From a virus (taxonomy: Duplodnaviria > Caudoviricetes), in IMG/VR virus record IMGVR_UViG_3300020430_000015, positions 1 to 62,054 of that record: a stretch of DNA of 62,054 bases, one strand, 5' to 3'. Every line of letters starts with the position of its first letter. Position 1 is the first letter of the stretch. The position numbers and the translations under genes were made by a program. Of the stretch, positions 58,762 through 62,054 are shown in pieces. The notes beneath the pieces are model-generated. The model saw nothing but the letters and a program-made list of their open reading frames with translations. It was not told the DNA's origin and did not search any database.

Positions 58762-59439
58762 ATGTTGGAAAGAATCAATACCAAAATAGACGCCAAATCC
58801 ATTTTTGATATCACCAAACAGTTACCGCCAGGTAAGAATGTTTTGAATAAACCCACTGGTGATTTCTTTTATGATGAATGGAAACTTGAAGATAAGTGGT
58901 TAGGCACACCTGTAGATGACCTTTTAGGTAAATTACCTAATCATGGTGAGGCAAGAGTGATTGTTTTATCTCCAGGACAAAGTTATTGTGCCCATGCTGA
59001 CATAGATGATAGGTGGCACGTTACACTAGATGCTGAAGAAAGTTACCTAATTGATTTAGAACACAATAAAAATTACAAATTAGAAGTTGATAACGAAGTT
59101 TATGAGATGGATTCGGGTAGAATCCACACAGCAACCAACTTTGGCTTCAAACCACGATATCAGTTGGTTATACGCAAATTACTGAAAAGGCATCAATTGC
59201 AAGAGCCTACTAATTGCACAATTGAATTAATAGACCCACCATACAATGTAAGATATCTTTTTGATAAAAGTTTCTCTATCTTATTAAACAAATTAGAAAA
59301 AGAAGGAAAAATTAATAATTTTAGACGCACTAATAATAATTCTATAGCATTAGATATAGAAAAAGAAGAAATAAAACAATTACTTGATTTAAAAAACACT
59401 TGTGGTTTCCAATACAAAATAATTTATGGAAAATTTTAA
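58762..59439 (+). CDS. 2OG-Fe(II) oxygenase-like protein
   Basis: ARVIVLSPG..Y.AHADIDDRWH, HTATN and RYQLV motifs. True start is ATG 58762; the upstream extension overlaps the QueC-like gene. Confidence 0.7.
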   Translation: MLERINTKIDAKSIFDITKQLPPGKNVLNKPTGDFFYDEWKLEDKWLGTPVDDLLGKLPNHGEARVIVLSPGQSYCAHADIDDRWHVTLDAEESYLIDLEHNKNYKLEVDNEVYEMDSGRIHTATNFGFKPRYQLVIRKLLKRHQLQEPTNCTIELIDPPYNVRYLFDKSFSILLNKLEKEGKINNFRRTNNNSIALDIEKEEIKQLLDLKNTCGFQYKIIYGKF

Positions 59440-60046
59440 AAATTTTTACAAATTTAAGGGAGGACTCGCTGTGACGAATATGCTTTACGAACCTCTTGTT
59501 AGCAACAACAAAAAAATTTTCTGCATGAACTGGAATGTAAATGAATATTTTGACAACGCAGAAATGACAGAAGAATTATACAACTTTTGGTTTAATCAAG
59601 AGTTAAAATATCTGTTGCATTTAAGCAACAAAAAATATATTCCTGAAATATTATTAATTGATACAAAAAAACGTATCATAGAATTTAAATGGTATAATAA
59701 AAATCTTAATGTTATGATAGAAAACAACACAATCAACAAAGTTAAGAATTGGCAAAAGAAAATAAAAGCAATTAAAGATGATTTGGAGAAGGATAACATA
59801 TTCAAAATTAATATGTACCCACACACTTTCTATTTTGACGATGATGACAATGCATACATAATGGATCTCTATGGTTGTACAGACAAGCACACAAGATATT
59901 TGGACACAAAATATCTAAAACCTCTAATAAGAACTAATAGATTTGATAAATTTATAATAAACGACCAATTAGACACACACGAATTGTATAATGAAACTAT
60001 TAAAACTAACTATGCAGAATGGCCGGGAGATTTTTTAAATGCTTGA
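59426..60046 (+). CDS. Degenerate protein-kinase-like fold protein
   Basis: FNQELKYL..L, IPEIL, catalytic-loop-like KINMYPHTF and DFG-like MDLYG. Confidence 0.4.
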   Translation: MENFKNFYKFKGGLAVTNMLYEPLVSNNKKIFCMNWNVNEYFDNAEMTEELYNFWFNQELKYLLHLSNKKYIPEILLIDTKKRIIEFKWYNKNLNVMIENNTINKVKNWQKKIKAIKDDLEKDNIFKINMYPHTFYFDDDDNAYIMDLYGCTDKHTRYLDTKYLKPLIRTNRFDKFIINDQLDTHELYNETIKTNYAEWPGDFLNA

Positions 60047-60575
60047 GTTTGTAGGTAATTGTAATCATATCCTTAATTGGAATGAAATAATAAATGAAGT
60101 AAAAGATCAAGAAGGTAAGTGTGCCTGCAAGTATCTACCTGTGTCAGAAGTGCCAGAACTAAAAGAAATTAATGATGCACTGGGCAAATACTGTCAACCA
60201 TCTATAGAATGGATCAACTATTACCCAGGCAAAGAGTTTTCAATGGAGGTAGCAGAGAAGTTTGGAGAATTTGTTGGTGCTCCTAGAATGATTAAGAGTT
60301 GGATATCTAAAATATATCCTGGAAAGACTGCACCATGGCATTGGGATTGGGACGTTGACTGGAAGAAATACACAGAACAAGGCAATCCTGTAAGATTCAC
60401 AGCAATGATTAATGAACCTGCACCAGGACACGTGTTTATTGTAGGTGATGAAGCATTGTATAATCAGAAACAAGGAGATGTTCACAAGTGGCCTGACTTT
60501 AAATCATATCATGGCGGAACTAATTGTGGACTTGTACCTAAATTTAATTTTAATTACTTGGCATACTCAGAATGA
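60039..60575 (+). CDS. 2OG-Fe(II) oxygenase-like protein
   Basis: WISKIYPGKTAPWHWD, HGGTNCG and KFNFN motifs. Confidence 0.7.
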   Translation: MLEFVGNCNHILNWNEIINEVKDQEGKCACKYLPVSEVPELKEINDALGKYCQPSIEWINYYPGKEFSMEVAEKFGEFVGAPRMIKSWISKIYPGKTAPWHWDWDVDWKKYTEQGNPVRFTAMINEPAPGHVFIVGDEALYNQKQGDVHKWPDFKSYHGGTNCGLVPKFNFNYLAYSE

Positions 60576-61126
60576 AACAATACATAGGAAATTGTAGTGA
60601 TGTGATAGACTGGAATGCAGTTGTAGACAGTGTTGCTAATTCTAAACCAGCATATCAAGGACCAAGACACACACGAAATGATGACCTGCCTGGCATAAAA
60701 GAGATCAGTGAAGCATGGGACAAGGCAGGATACACACTGGCATCAGATGGTGGCACAGTTGGTTGGGATATGTGTATACCCGAAACTAACTTTGATAGAA
60801 GTGTTGTGGATAAATTTTCTGATTATGTAGGTGTTGATGTGTTAAGTTGTTGGGTAAGTGTAATACATCAAGGATATCATGCTCCATGGCATTGGGACAC
60901 ACAGGACAACGAAGAAGAATTAAAGAAGTTAGGTGCTATTGAAAGATTTCATGTGCATATGCAGGACACACGTCCAGGACATATACTAATTGTTGAAGAT
61001 GATTTGTACTACAACGCAAAACAAGGTGATGTATACAAGTGGCCAGATAGAAATGCATGGCACGCCGGCAGTAATTGTGGACAGAATCCAAAATATATTT
61101 TTAACTTCTTCGGAACAAAGAGATGA
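60572..61126 (+). CDS. 2OG-Fe(II) oxygenase-like protein, tandem paralog
   Basis: WVSVIHQGYHAPWHWD, HAGSNCG and KYIFN motifs; visibly similar to 60039. Confidence 0.7.
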   Translation: MKQYIGNCSDVIDWNAVVDSVANSKPAYQGPRHTRNDDLPGIKEISEAWDKAGYTLASDGGTVGWDMCIPETNFDRSVVDKFSDYVGVDVLSCWVSVIHQGYHAPWHWDTQDNEEELKKLGAIERFHVHMQDTRPGHILIVEDDLYYNAKQGDVYKWPDRNAWHAGSNCGQNPKYIFNFFGTKR

Positions 61127-61677
61127 AAATATTAATTACAGGACATACTTCACCTATGGGCAGTGCCTTATACGAACATTATAAATTAATGAACGAAGTG
61201 CTAGGTGTAAGTAAAAATGAAGGGTTTGATTTTACAAAAGGTGATCATCTAGATCAAATTGTAGATATGGCTTTAGCGAGAGATGTATTTCTAAATGTCG
61301 CACACGTAGATACTGCACAATCAACTCTAATGATGAAATTAAAACAACGCTGGAGTCCAGAAGCACCATTACGTAAAGTTATCACTGTAGGATCATTGGC
61401 AACAAAAGTCGATAAAAAATTATTAGAGCAGGTTAATATTGACAAGCAATATCTTAAAGATAAACATCACATAGATGCAGTCAGCAACGCAATAACAAAT
61501 GAAAAGCCATTTGGCGAACAGTTACATTTTACTCTTGTGCGTGTTTTAAACTACGGTGAAAAAACAGGTGACCGAGCAGGAGAACCTACTTGTAGTGTAG
61601 AGGATATCTGTAGAACTTTTGATTATATTATAAATGAACCTATGTATATAGGTAAGTTAGATATTCGACGTAATTAA
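61123..61677 (+). CDS. Short-chain dehydrogenase/reductase-like protein
   Basis: KILITGHTSPMG Rossmann start, FLNVA, ITVGS and Y..DK motifs. Confidence 0.6.
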   Translation: MKILITGHTSPMGSALYEHYKLMNEVLGVSKNEGFDFTKGDHLDQIVDMALARDVFLNVAHVDTAQSTLMMKLKQRWSPEAPLRKVITVGSLATKVDKKLLEQVNIDKQYLKDKHHIDAVSNAITNEKPFGEQLHFTLVRVLNYGEKTGDRAGEPTCSVEDICRTFDYIINEPMYIGKLDIRRN

Positions 61678-62054
61678 TATTCAGATAGATTATCAATACC
61701 TAATTGTTTACGAAACTTGTCTGTAAACACACAATCAATTCTTAGGCCATATTCCTGTTCAGCATTTACTTCGCCGCCATGCCAGTCTTGATCATTCCAA
61801 AATGCGGCATTAGAATTAATGTATACTTTGTTTTGCTTTTCAGGATCCCATATATAGAATCCTCTTTTTGTGTTGTGTCTTATGTGTATGAATTCATTCT
61901 TGTGTCCACTGTACCCCTGATTGTCTCCATGTTTGCCATCAAGATCTCTATGTTCAAAAGGTTTACCGTCGTGTTCACAATGGAAGAATATCACTCTGCC
62001 TATGCTTTCTATGATGCCCGTGTTTACTAATTCTTTTATCCAGTTTACTAAACC
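61674..62054 (-). CDS. Oxygenase-like (cupin/2OG-Fe) protein, C-terminal part (starts outside window)
   Basis: Frame is open to the window edge (GLVNWIKELVNTGIIESIGRVIFF...); EHRD, WHGG and LRID motifs. Confidence 0.55.
   Translation of the reverse strand, partial: GLVNWIKELVNTGIIESIGRVIFFHCEHDGKPFEHRDLDGKHGDNQGYSGHKNEFIHIRHNTKRGFYIWDPEKQNKVYINSNAAFWNDQDWHGGEVNAEQEYGLRIDCVFTDKFRKQLGIDNLSEY

Noticed and set aside
1-62054. CRISPR array, tRNA genes, integrase/transposase, reverse transcriptase/DGR
   Set aside because: No regularly spaced repeats, cloverleafs or catalytic motifs were seen by eye. A tRNAscan or repeat search would be needed to exclude them fully.
1-62054. Stop-codon reassignment
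   Set aside because: Genes are full length and densely packed under the standard code, including a 14.7-kb ORF. TAA, TAG and TGA all appear as stops.

Overview
AT-rich 62-kb fragment of a large T4-superfamily myovirus genome. The phage is probably aquatic or marine with a proteobacterial host, which is an inference from gene content. From left to right the window holds: (1) head and tail genes (partial prohead core-like gene, DUF115/Maf-like gene, portal gp20, tape-measure-like gene, gp26/gp51-like chaperones); (2) a hemD-like gene, a ~390-nt structured non-coding region, a GIY-YIG nuclease, gp46/gp47 and late sigma gp55; (3) a baseplate and fibre operon (gp53, hub, gp5, PAAR, gp25, gp6, a 4896-aa wedge protein, three paralogous fibres); (4) a ~19-kb tailoring island with 4 glycosyltransferase-like genes, 6 radical SAM enzymes, 5 2OG-Fe(II) oxygenase-like genes, a methyltransferase, an SGNH protein, a QueC-like protein, a kinase-like protein, an SDR and an alternative oxidase. 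The main unexplained signals are: a palindromic AASTRCGYASTT box 11-12 nt upstream of TAAATA late promoters, which also sits in the sigma70 spacer of gp55; a likely -1 frameshift fusing gp26 to gp51; a large candidate ncRNA behind the GIY-YIG gene; and the tailoring island itself. All calls come from motif recognition by eye. No database searches were run.
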